64,000 bases of DNA, taken from contig OZ024740.1 of assembly GCA_964016885.1 (NCBI GenBank), positions 31,744,001 through 31,808,000 of the forward strand, in the 5' to 3' direction. The notes beneath the pieces are model-generated. The model saw only the letters and a list, made by a program, of their open reading frames with translations. It did not search any database and was not told the origin of the DNA. A program made the position numbers and the translations under genes. The stretch comes from Eledone cirrhosa. Taxonomy: Eukaryota. Below are positions 47,381 to 62,800 of the stretch, piece after piece (the first letter of the stretch is position 1; each line of letters opens with the position of its first letter).

Positions 47381-50300
47381 GACTATATATTGTGCAGACA
47401 CAGTTGACTATATATGATATCAGTACAATATATAACACTAGTGTACAGATACAGTTGACTATATATGATATCAGTACAATATGTAACACTAGTGTACAGA
47501 CACAGTTGACTATATATGATATCAGTACAATATGTAACACTAGTGTACAGACACAGTTGACTATATATGATATCAGTACAATATATAACACTAGTGTACA
47601 GACACAGTTGACTATATATGATATCAGTACAATATATAACACTAATGTACAGACACAGTTGACTATATATGATATCAGTACAATATATAACACTAGTGTA
47701 CAGACACAGTTGACTATATATGATATCAGTACAATATGTAACACTAGTGTACAGACACAGTTGACTATGTATGATATCAGTACAATATATAACACTAATG
47801 TACAGACACATTTGACTATATATGATATCAGTACAATATATAACACTAGTGTACAGACACAGTTGACTATATATGATATCAGTACAATATGTAACACTAG
47901 TGTACAGACACAGTTGACTATGTATGATATCAGTACAATATATAACACTAATGTACAGACACAGTTGACTATATATGATATCAGTACAATATATAACACT
48001 AGTGTACAGACACAGTTGACTATATATGATATCAGTACAATATATAACACTAGTGTACAGACAGAGTTGACTATATATGATATCCGTACAATATATAACA
48101 CTAATGTACAGACACAGTTGACTATATATGATATCAGTACAATATATAACACTAGTGTACAGACACAGTTGACTATATATGATATCAGTAAAATATATAA
48201 CACTAGTCTACAGACACAGTTGACTATATATGATATCAGTACAATATATAACACTAATGTGCAGACACAGTTGACTATATATGATATCATTACAATATGT
48301 AACACTAGTGTACAGACACAGTTGACTATATATGATATCAGTACAATATATAACACTAGTGTACAGACACAGTTGACTATATATGATATCAGTACAATAT
48401 ATAACACTAGTGTACAGACACAGTTGACTATATATGATGTCAGTACAATATGTAACACTAGTGTACAGACACAGTTGACTATATATGATATCAGTACAAT
48501 ATATAACACTAATGTACAGACACTGTTGACTATATATGATATCAGTACAATATATAACACTAATGAACAGACACAGTTGACTATATATGATATCAGTACA
48601 ATATATAACACTAATGTACAGACACAGTTGACTATATATGATATCAGTACAATATATAACACTAATGTGCAGACACAGTTGACAATATATTGTGCAGACA
48701 CAGTTGACTATATATGATATCAGTACAATATATAACACTAGTGTACAGATACAGTTGACTATATATGATATCAGTACAATATGTAACACTAGTGTACAGA
48801 CACAGTTGACTATATATGATATCAGTACAATATGTAACACTAGTGTACAGACACAGTTGACTATATATGATATCAGTACAATGTATAACACTAGTGTATA
48901 GACACAGTTGACTATATATGATATCAGTACAATATATAACACTAGTGTACAGACACAGTTGACTATATATGATATTAGTACAATATATAACACTAGCGTA
49001 CAGACACAGTTGACCATATATGATATCAGTACAATATATAACACTAATGTACAGACACAGTTGACTATATATGATATCAGTACAATATATAACACTAATG
49101 TGCAGACACAGTTGACTATATATGATATCAGTACAATATGTAACACTAGTGTAGAGACACAGTTGACTATATATGATATCAGTACAATATATAACACTAG
49201 TGTACAGACACAGTTGACTATATATGATATCAGTACAATATATAACACTAATGTACAGATACAGTTGACTATATCTGATATCAGTACAATATATAACACT
49301 AATGTACAGACACAGTTGACTATATATGTTATCAGTACAATATGTAACACTAGTGTACAGACACAGTTGACTATATATGATATCAGTACAACATATAACA
49401 CTAGTGTACAGACACAGTTGAGTATATATGATATCAGTACAATATATAACACTAGTGTACAGACACAGTTGACTATATATGATATCAGTACAATATGTAA
49501 CACTAGTGTACAGACACAGTTGACTATATATGATATCAGTACAATATATAACACTAGTGTACAGACACAGTTGACTATATATGATATCAGTACAATATAT
49601 AACACTAGTGTACAGACACAGTTGACTATATATGATATCAGTACAATATATAACACTAATGTACAGACACAGTTGACTATATATGATATCAGTACAATAT
49701 ATAACACTAGTGTACAGACACAGTTGACTATATATGATATCAGTACAATATATAACACTAGTGTACAGACACAGTTGACTATATATGATATCAGTACAAT
49801 ATGTAACACTAGTGTACAGACACAGTTGACCATATATGATATCAGTACAATATATAACACTAATGTACAGACACAGTTGACTATATATGATATCAGTACA
49901 ATATATAACACTAGTGTACAGACACAGTTGACTATATATGATATCAGTACAATATATAACACTAGTGTACAGACACAGTTGACTATATATGATATCAGTA
50001 CAATATGTAACACTAGTGTACAGACACAGTTGACTATATATGATATCAGTACAATATATAACACTAGTGTACAGACACAGTTGACTATATATGATATCAG
50101 TACAATATATAACACTAGTGTACAGACACAGTTGACTATATATGATATCCGTACAATATATAACACTAGTGTACAGACACAGTTGACTATATATGATATC
50201 AGTACAATATGTAACACTAGTGTACAGACACATTTGACTATATATGATATCAGTACAATATATAACACTAATGTTCAGACACAGTTGACTATATATGATA

Positions 50301-53300
50301 TCAGTACAATATATAACACTAGTGTACAGACAAAGTTGACTATATATGATATCAGTACAATATATAACACTAGTGTACAGACACAGTTGACTATATATGA
50401 TATCAGTACAATATGTAACACTAGTGTACAGACACAGTTGACCATATATGATATCAGTACAATACATAACACTAATGTACAGACACAGTTGACTATATAT
50501 GATATCAGTACAATATATAACACTAGTGTACAGACACAGTTGACTATATATGATATCAGTACAATATATAACACTAATGTACAGACACAGTTGACTATAT
50601 ATGATATCAGTACAATATATAACACTAGTGTACAGACACAGTTGACTATATATGATATCAGTACAATATGTAACACTAGTGTACAGACACAGTTGACTAT
50701 GTATGATATCAGTACAATATATAACACTAATGTACAGACACATTTGACTATATATGATATCAGTACAATATATAACACTAGTGTACAGACACAGTTGACT
50801 ATATATGATATCAGTAAAATATATAACACTAGTGTACAGACACAGTTGACTATATATGATATCAGTACAATATATAACACTAATGTGCAGACACAGTTGA
50901 CTATATATGATATCAGTACAATATGTAACACTAGTGTACAGACACAGTTGACTATATATGATATCAGTACAATATATAACACTAGTGTACAGACACAGTT
51001 GACTATATATGATATCAGTACAATATATAACACTAGTGTACAGACACAGTTGACTATATATGATGTCAGTACAATATGTAACACTAGTGTACAGACACAG
51101 TTGACTATATATGATATCAGTACAATATATAACACTAATGTACAGACACTGTTGACTATATATGATATCAGTACAATATATAACACTAATGAACAGACAC
51201 AGTTGACTATATATGATATCAGTACAATATATAACACTAATGTACAGACACAGTTGACTATATATGATATCAGTACAATATATAATACTAATGTGCAGAC
51301 ACAGTTGACTATATATTGTGCAGACACAGTTGACTATATATGATATCAGTACAATATATAACACTAGTGTACAGATACAGTTGACTATATATGATATCAG
51401 TACAATATGTAACACTAGTGTACAGACACAGTTGACTATATATGATATCAGTACAATATGTAACACTAGTGTACAGACACAGTTGACTATATATGATATC
51501 AGTACAATATATAACACTAGTGTACAGACACAGTTGACTATATATGATATCAGTACAATATATAACACTAATGTACAGACACAGTTGACTATATATGATA
51601 TCAGTACAATATATAACACTAGTGTACAGACACAGTTGACTATATATGATATCAGTACAATATGTAACACTAGTGTACAGACACAGTTGACTATGTATGA
51701 TATCAGTACAATATATAACACTAATGTACAGACACATTTGACTATATATGATATCAGTACAATATATAACACTAGTGTACAGACACAGTTGACTATATAT
51801 GATATCAGTACAATATGTAACACTAGTGTACAGACACAGTTGACTATGTATGATATCAGTACAATATATAACACTAATGTACAGACACAGTTGACTATAT
51901 ATGATATCAGTACAATATATAACACTAGTGTACAGACACAGTTGACTATATATGATATCAGTACAATATATAACACTAGTGTACAGACACAGTTGACTAT
52001 ATATGATATCCGTACAATATATAACACTTATGTACAGACACAGTTGACTATATATGATATCAGTACAATATATAACACTAGTGTACAGACACAGTTGACT
52101 ATATATGATATCAGTAAAATATATAACACTAGTCTACAGACACAGTTGACTATATATGATATCAGTACAATATATAACACTAATGTGCAGACACAGTTGA
52201 CTATATATGATATCATTACAATATGTAACACTAGTGTACAGACACAGTTGACTATATATGATATCAGTACAATATATAACACTAGTGTACAGACACAGTT
52301 GACTATATATGATATCAGTACAATATATAACACTAGTGTACAGACACAGTTGACTATATATGATGTCAGTACAATATGTAACACTAGTGTACAGACACAG
52401 TTGACTATATATGATATCAGTACAATATATAACACTAATGTACAGACACTGTTGACTATATATGATATCAGTACAATATATAACACTAATGAACAGACAC
52501 AGTTGACTATATATGATATCAGTACAATATATAACACTAATGTACAGACACAGTTGACTATATATGATATCAGTACAATATATAACACTAATGTGCAGAC
52601 ACAGTTGACAATATATTGTGCAGACACAGTTGACTATATATGATATCAGTACAATATATAACACTAGTGTACAGATACAGTTGACTATATATGATATCAG
52701 TACAATATGTAACACTAGTGTACAGACACAGTTGACTATATATGATATCAGTACAATATGTAACACTAGTGTACAGACACAGTTGACTATATATGATATC
52801 AGTACAATGTATAACACTAGTGTACAGACACAGTTGACTATATATGATATCAGTACAATATATAACACTAGTGTACAGACACAGTTGACTATATATGATA
52901 TTAGTACAATATATAACACTAGCGTACAGACACAGTTGACCATATATGATATCAGTACAATATATAACACTAATGTACAGACACAGTTGACTATATATGA
53001 TATCAGTACAATATATAACACTAATGTGCAGACACAGTTGACTATATATGATATCAGTACAATATGTAACACTAGTGTAGAGACACAGTTGACTATATAT
53101 GATATCAGTACAATATATAACACTAGTGTACAGACACAGTTGACTATATATGATATCAGTACAATATATAACACTAATGTACAGATACAGTTGACTATAT
53201 CTGATATCAGTACAATATATAACACTAATGTACAGACACAGTTGACTATATATGATATCAGTACAATATGTAACACTAGTGTACAGACACAGTTGACTAT

Positions 53301-55232
53301 ATATGATATCAGTACAACATATAACACTAGTGTACAGACACAGTTGAGTATATATGATATCAGTACAATATATAACACTAGTGTACAGACACAGTTGACT
53401 ATATATGATATCAGTACAATATGTAACACTAGTGTACAGACACAGTTGACTATATATGATATCAGTACAATATATAACACTAGTGTACAGACACAGTTGA
53501 CTATATATGATATCAGTACAATATATAACACTAGTGTACAGACACAGTTGACTATATATGATATCAGTACAATATATAACACTAATGTACAGACACAGTT
53601 GACTATATATGATATCAGTACAATATATAACACTAGTGTACAGACACAGTTGACTATATATGATATCAGTACAATATATAACACTAGTGTACAGACACAG
53701 TTGACTATATATGATATCAGTACAATATGTAACACTAGTGTACAGACACAGTTGACCATATATGATATCAGTACAATATATAACACTAATGTACAGACAC
53801 AGTTGACTATATATGATATCAGTACAATATATAACACTAGTGTACAGACACAGTTGACTATATATGATATCAGTACAATATATAACACTAGTGTACAGAC
53901 ACAGTTGACTATATATGATATCAGTACAATATGTAACACTAGTGTACAGACACAGTTGACTATATATGATATCAGTACAATATATAACACTAGTGTACAG
54001 ACACAGTTGACTATATATGATATCAGTACAATATATAACACTAGTGTACAGACACAGTTGACTATATATGATATCCGTACAATATATAACACTAGTGTAC
54101 AGACACAGTTGACTATATATGATATCAGTACAATATGTAACACTAGTGTACAGACACATTTGACTATATATGATATCAGTACAATATATAACACTAATGT
54201 TCAGACACAGTTGACTATATATGATATCAGTACAATATATAACACTAGTGTACAGACAAAGTTGACTATATATGATATCAGTACAATATATAACACTAGT
54301 GTACAGACACAGTTGACTATATATGATATCAGTACAATATGTAACACTAGTGTACAGACACAGTTGACCATATATGATATCAGTACAATACATAACACTA
54401 ATGTACAGACACAGTTGACTATATATGATATCAGTACAATATATAACACTAGTGTACAGACACAGTTGACTATATATGATATCAGTACAATATATAACAC
54501 TAATGTACAGACACAGTTGACTATATATGATATCAGTACAATATATAACACTAATGTACAGACACAGTTGACTATATATGATATCAGTACAATATATAAC
54601 ACTAGTGTACAGACACAGTTGACTATATATGATATCCGTACAATATATAACACTAATGTACAGACACAGTTGACTATATATGATATCAGTACAATATATA
54701 ACACTAGTGTACAGACACAGTTGACTATATATGATATCAGTAAAATATATAACACTAGTGTACAGACACAGTTGACTATATATGATATCAGTACAATATA
54801 TAACACTAATGTGCAGACACAGTTGACTATATATGATATCAGTACAATATGTAACACTAGTGTACAGACACAGTTGACTATATATGATATCAGTACAATA
54901 TATAACACTAGTGTACAGACACAGTTGACTATATATGATATCAGTACAATATATAACACTAGTGTACAGACACAGTTGACTATATATGATGTCAGTACAA
55001 TATGTAACACTAGTGTACAGACACAGTTGACTATATATGATATCAGTACAATATATAACACTAATGTACAGACACTGTTGACTATATATGATATCAGTAC
55101 AATATATAACACTAATGAACAGACACAGTTGACTATATATGATATCAGTACAATATATAACACTAATGTACAGACACAGTCGACTATATATGATATCAGT
55201 ACAATATATAACACTAATGTGCAGACACAGTT
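47381..55232 (+). repeat. Two tandem HOR copies of 3926 bp (76x51 + 2x25)
   Basis: 47381/51307/55233 and 48681/52607 are spaced by 3926. Private variants are shared at that offset: GACAAT in short units 48681/52607, AGTCTACAG ~48208/52134, and GTTCAG stops 50275/54201. Confidence 0.9.
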
Positions 55233-55292
55233 GACTATATATTGTGCAGACACAGTTGACTATATATTGTGCAGACACAGTTGACTATATAT
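55218..55292 (+). repeat. Three perfect tandem copies of the 25-mer TGTGCAGACACAGTTGACTATATAT
   Basis: Copies start at 55218, 55243 and 55268. Other sites carry only two copies. Confidence 0.93.
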
Positions 55293-58200
55293 GATATCAG
55301 TACAATATATAACACTAGTGTACAGATACAGTTGACTATATATGATATCAGAACAATATGTAACACTAGTGTACAGACACAGTTGACTATATATGATATC
55401 AGTACAATATGTAACACTAGTGTACAGACACAGTTGACTATATATGATATCAGTACAATATATAACACTAGTGTACAGACACAGTTGACTATATATGATA
55501 TCAGTACAATATATAACACTAATGTACAGACACAGTTGACTATATATGATATCAGTACAATATATAACACTAGTGTACAGACACAGTTGACTATATATGA
55601 TATCAGTACAATATGTAACACTAGTGTACAGACACAGTTGACTATGTATGATATCAGTACAATATATAACACTAATGTACAGACACATTTGACTATATAT
55701 GATATCAGTACAATATATAACACTAGTGTACAGACACAGTTGACTATATATGATATCAGTACAATATGTAACACTAGTGTACAGACACAGTTGACTATGT
55801 ATGATATCACTACAATATATAACACTAATGTACAGACACAGTTGACTATATATGATATCAGTACAATATATAACACTAGTGTACAGACACAGTTGACTAT
55901 ATATGATATCAGTACAATATATAACACTAGTGAACAGACACAGTTGACTATATATGATATCAGTACAATATATAACACTAATGTACAGACACAGTTGACT
56001 ATATATGATATCAGTACAATATATAACACTAGTGTACAGACACAGTTGACTATATATGATATCCGTACAATATATAACACTAGTGTACAGACACAGTTGA
56101 CTATATATGATATCAGTACAATATGTAACACTAGTGTACAGATACAGTTGACTATATATGATATCAGTACAATATATAACACTAATGTTCAGACACAGTT
56201 GACTATATATGATATCAGTACAATATATAACACTAGTGTACAGACACAGTTGACTATATATGATATCAGTACATTATATAACACTAGTGTACAGACACAG
56301 TTGACTATATATGATATCAGTACAACATATAACACTAGTGTACAGACACAGTTGTTGACTATATATGATATCAGTACAAAATGTAACACTAGTGTACAGA
56401 CACAGTTGACTATATATTTTATCAGTACAATATATAACACTAATGTACAGACACAGTTGACTATATATGATATCAGTACAATATATAACACTAGTGAACA
56501 GACACAGTTGACTATATATGATATCAGTACAAAATATAACACTAATGTACAGACACAGTTGACTATATATGATATTAGTACAACATATAACACTAGTGTA
56601 CAGACACAGTTGACTATATATGATATCAGTACAATATATAAAACTAGTGAACAGACACAGTTGACTATATATGATATCAGTACCATATATAACACTAGTG
56701 TACAGACACAGTTGATTATATATGATATCAGTATAATATATAACACTAATGTACAGACACAGTTGACTATATATGATATCAGTACAATATATAACACTAA
56801 TGTACAGACACAGTTGACTATATATGATATTAGTAAAATATATAACACTAGTGTACAGACACAGTTGACTATATATGGTATCAGTACAATATATAACACT
56901 AGTGTACAGACACAGTTGACTGTATATGATATTAGTACAATATATAACACTAGCGTACAGAAACAGTTGACCATATATGATATCAGTACACTATATAACA
57001 CTAGTGTACAGGCACAGTTGACTATATATGATATCAGTACAATATATAACACTAATGTACAGACACAGTTGACTATATATGATATCAGTACAATATGTAA
57101 CACTAGTGTACAGACACAGTTGAATATATATGATATCACTACAATATGTAAAACTAGTGTACAGACACTGTTGACTATATATAATATCAGTACAATATGT
57201 AACACTAGTGTACAGACACAGTTGACTATATATGATATCAGTACAATATATAACACTAGTGAACAGACAGAGTTGACTATATATGATATCAGTACAATAT
57301 ATAACACTAGTGTACAGACACAGTTGACTATATATGATATTAGTACAATATGTAACACTAGTGTACAGACACAGTTGACTATATATTATATTAGTATAAT
57401 ATATAACACTAGTGTACAGACACAGTTGACTATATATGATATCGGTACGATATATAACACTAGTGTACAGACACAGTTGACTATATATGATATTAGTACA
57501 ATATGTAACACTAGTGTACAGATACAGTTGACTATATATGATATCAGTACAATATATAACACTAATGTACAGACACAGTTGACTATATATGATATCAGTA
57601 CAATATGTAACACTAGTGTACAGACACAGTTGAATATATATGATATCACTACAATATGTAAAACTAGTGTACAGACACTGTTGACTATATATGATATCAG
57701 TACAATATGTAACACTAGTGTACAGACACAGTTGACTATATATGATATCAGTACAATATATAACACTAATGTACAGACACAGTTGACTATATATGATATC
57801 AGTACAATATATAACACTAGTGTACAGACACAGTTGACTATATATGATATCAGTACAATATATAACACTAGTGTACAGACACAGTTGACTATATATGATA
57901 TCAGTACAATATATAACACTAGTGTACAGACAAAGTTGACTATATATGATATCAGTACAATATATAACACTAGTGTACAGACACAGTTGACTATATATGA
58001 TATCAGTACAATATGTAACACTAGTGTACAGACACAGTTGACCATATATGATATCAGTACAATACATAACACTAATGTACAGACACAGTTGACTATATAT
58101 GATATCAGTACAATATATAACACTAGTGTACAGACACAGTTGACTATATATGATATCAGTACAATATATAACACTAATGTACAGACACAGTTGACTATAT

Positions 58201-59899
58201 ATGATATCAGTACAATATATAACACTAATGTACAGACACAGTTGACTACATATGATATCAGTACAATATATAACACTAGTGTACAGACACAGTTGACTAT
58301 ATATGATATCCGTACAATATATAACACTAATGTACAGACACAGTTGACTATATATGATATCAGTACAATATATAACACTAGTGTACAGACACAGTTGACT
58401 ATATATGATATCAGTAAAATATATAACACTAGTGTACAGACACAGTTGACTATATATGATATCAGTACAATATATAACACTAATGTGCAGACACAGTTGA
58501 CTATATATGATATCAGTACAATATGTAACACTAGTGTACAGACACAGTTGACTATATATGATATCAGTACAATATATAACACTAGTGTACAGACACAGTT
58601 GACTATATATGATATCAGTACAATATATAACACTAGTGTACAGACACAGTTGACTATATATGATGTCAGTACAATATGTAACACTAGTGTACAGACACAG
58701 TTGACTATATATGATATCAGTACAATATATAACACTAATGTACAGACACTGTTGACTATATATGATATCAGTACAATATATAACACAAATGAACAGACAC
58801 AGTTGACTATATATGATATCAGTACAATATATAACACTAATGTACAAACACAGTTGACTATATATGATATCAGTACAATATATAATACTAATGTGCAGAC
58901 ACAGTTGACTATATATTGTGCAGACACAGTTGACTATATATGATATCAGTACAATATATAACACTAGTGTACAGATACAGTTGACTATATATGATATCAG
59001 TACAATATGTAACACTAGTGTACAGACACAGTTGACTATATATGATATCAGTACAATATGTAACACTAGTGTACAGACACAGTTGACTATATATGATATC
59101 AGTACAATATATAACACTAGTGTACAGACACAGTTGACTATATATGATATCAGTACAATATATAACACTAATGTACAGACACAGTTGACTATATATGATA
59201 TCAGTACAATATATAACACTAGTGTACAGACACAGTTGACTATATATGATATCAGTACAATATGTAACACTAGTGTACAGACACAGTTGACTATGTATGA
59301 TATCAGTACAATATATAACACTAATGTACAGACACATTTGACTATATATGATATCAGTACAATATATAACACTAGTGTACAGACACAGTTGACTATATAT
59401 GATATCAGTACAATATGTAACACTAGTGTACAGACACAGTTGACTATGTATGATATCAGTACAATATATAACACTAATGTACAGACACAGTTGACTATAT
59501 ATGATATCAGTACAATATATAACACTAGTGTACAGACACAGTTGACTATATATGATATCAGTACAATATATAACACTAGTGAACAGACACAGTTGACTAT
59601 ATATGATATCAGTACAATATATAACACTAATGTACAGACACAGTTGACTATATATGATATCAGTACAATATATAACACTAGTGTACAGACACAGTTGACT
59701 ATATATGATATCCGTACAATATATAACACTAGTGTACAGACACAGTTGACTATATATGATATCAGTACAATATGTAACACTAGTGTACAGACACAGTTGA
59801 CTATATATGATATCAGTACAATATATAACACTAATGTTCAGACACAGTTGACTATATATGATATAAGTACAATATATAACACTAGTGTACAGACACAGT

Positions 59900-62800
59900 T
59901 GACTATATATGATATCAGTACAATATATAACACTAATGTACAGACACAGTTGACTATATATGATATCAGTACAATATATAACACTAGTGAACAGACACAG
60001 TTGACTATATATGATATCAGTACACTATATAACACTAGTGTACAGACACAGTTGATTATATATGATATCAGTACAATATATAACACTAATGTACAGACAC
60101 AGTTGACTATATATGATATTAGTAAAATATATAACACTAGTGTACAGACACAGTTGACTATATATGATATCAGTACAATATATAACACTAATGTACAGAC
60201 ACAGTTGACTATATATGATATCAGTACAATATATAACACTAGTGAACAGACACAGTTGACTATATATGATATCAGTACCATATATAACACTAATGTACAG
60301 ACACAGTTGACTATATATGATATCAGTACAATATATAACACTAATGTACAGACACAGTTGACTATATATGATATTAGTAAAATATATAACACTAGTGTAC
60401 AGACACAGTTGACTATATATGATATCAGTACAATATATAACACTAGTGTACAGACACAGTTGACTGTATATGATATTAGTACAATATATAACACTAGCGT
60501 ACAGAAACAGTTGACCATATATGATATCAGTACACTATATAACACTAGTGTACAGGCACAGTTGACTATATATGATATCAGTACAATATATAACACTAAT
60601 GTACAGACACAGTTGACTATATATGATATCAGTACAACATATAACACTAATGTACAGACACAGTTGACTATATATGATATCAGTACAATATATAACACTA
60701 ATGTACAGACACAGTTGACTATATATGATATCAGTACAATATGTAACACTAGTGTACAGACACAGTTGAATATATATGATATCACTACAATATGTAAAAC
60801 TAGTGTACAGACACTGTTGACTATATATAATATCAGTACAATATGTAACACTAATGTACAGACACAGTTGACTATATATGATATCAGTACAATATATAAC
60901 ACTAGTGTACAGACACAGTTGACTATATATGATATCAGTACAATATGTAACACTAGTGTACAGACACAGTTGACTATGTATGATATCAGTACAATATATA
61001 ACACTAATGTACAGACACAGTTGACTATATATGATATCAGTACAATATATAACACTAGTGTTCAGACACAGTTGACTATATATGATATCAGTATAATATA
61101 TAACACTAGTGTACAGACACAGTTGACTATATATGATATCAGTACAATATATAACACTAGTGTACAGACACAGTTGACTATATATGATATCAGTACAACA
61201 TATAACACTAGTGTACAGACACAGTTGACTATATATGATATCAGTACAATATGTAACACTAGTGTACAGACACAGTTGACTATATATGATATCAGTACAA
61301 TATATAACACTAATGTACAGACACAGTTGACTATATATGATATCAGTACAATATATAACACTAGTGAACAGACACAGTTGACTATATATGATATCAGTAC
61401 AATATATAACACTAGTTTAGAGACACAGTTGACGATATATGATATGAGTACAATATATAACACTAATGTACAGACACAGTTGACTATATATGATATCAGT
61501 ACAACATATAACACTAGTGTACAGACACAGTTGACTATATATGATATCAGTACAATATATAACACTAGTGAACAGACACAGTTGACTATATATGATATCA
61601 GTACCATATATAACACTAGTGTACAGACACAGTTGATTATATATGATATCAGTATAATATATAACACTAATGTACAGACACAGTTGACTATATATGATAT
61701 CAGTACAATATATAACACTAATGTACAGGCACAGTTGACTATATATGATATTAGTAAAATATATAACACTAGTGTACAGACACAGTTGACTATATATGAT
61801 ATCAGTACAATATATAACACTAGTGTACAGACACAGTTGACTGTATATGATATTAGTACAATATATAACACTAGCGTACAGAAACAGTTGACCATATATG
61901 ATATCAGTACACTATATAACACTAGTGTACAGGCACAGTTGACTATATATGATATCAGTACAATATATAACACTAATGTACAGACACAGTTGACTATATA
62001 TGATATCAGTACAACATATAACACTAATGTACAGACACAGTTGACTATATATGATATCAGTACAATATATAACACTAATGTACAGACACAGTTGACTATA
62101 TATGATATCAGTACAATATGTAACACTAGTGTACAGACACAGTTGAATATATATGATATCACTACAATATGTAAAACTAGTGTACAGACACTGTTGACTA
62201 TATATAATATCAGTACAATATGTAACACTAATGTACAGACACAGTTGACTATATATGATATCAGTACAATATATAACACTAGTGAACAGACACAGTTGAC
62301 TATATATGATATCAGTACAATATATAACACTAGTGTAGAGACACAGTTGACTATATATGATATCAGTACAAAATATAACACTAATGTACAGACACAGTTG
62401 ACTATATATGATATCAGTACAACATATAACACTAGTGTACAGACACAGTTGACTATATATGATATCAGTACAATATATAACACTAGTGAACAGACACAGT
62501 TGACTATATATGATATCAGTACCATATATAACACTAGTGTACAGACACAGTTGATTATATATGATATCAGTATAATATATAACACTAATGTACAGACACA
62601 GTTGACTATATATGATATCAGTACAATATATAACACTAATGTACAGACACAGTTGACTATATATGATATTAGTAAAATATATAACACTAGTGTACAGACA
62701 CAGTTGACTATATATGATATCAGTACAATATATAACACTAGTGTACAGACACAGTTGACTGTATATGATATTAGTACAATATATAACACTAGCGTACAGA

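Larger units (their letters stand above)
43261..59000 (+). repeat. Right HOR domain, marked by 25-bp short monomers (GACTATATATTGTGCAGACACAGTT)
   Basis: Short units at 43276, 47381, 48681, 51307, 52607, 55233, 55258 and 58907. None seen left of 43.2 kb. Confidence 0.9.

Noticed and set aside
50-58943. Long + strand ORFs (up to 1921 aa) of (LTIYDISTIYNTSVQTQ)n, Thr/Ser-rich with an N-T-S sequon, superficially mucin- or adhesin-like
   Set aside because: A 51-bp unit without an in-frame stop is automatically open. There is no unique N/C-terminal domain or signal peptide, and starts are mostly TTG within the repeat. Recurrent TAG stops (e.g. 2341) and frameshifts are amplified with the HOR, and the commonest variants are non-synonymous (Y/C, S/N). 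Only RNA-seq, Ribo-seq or proteomics could revive this.
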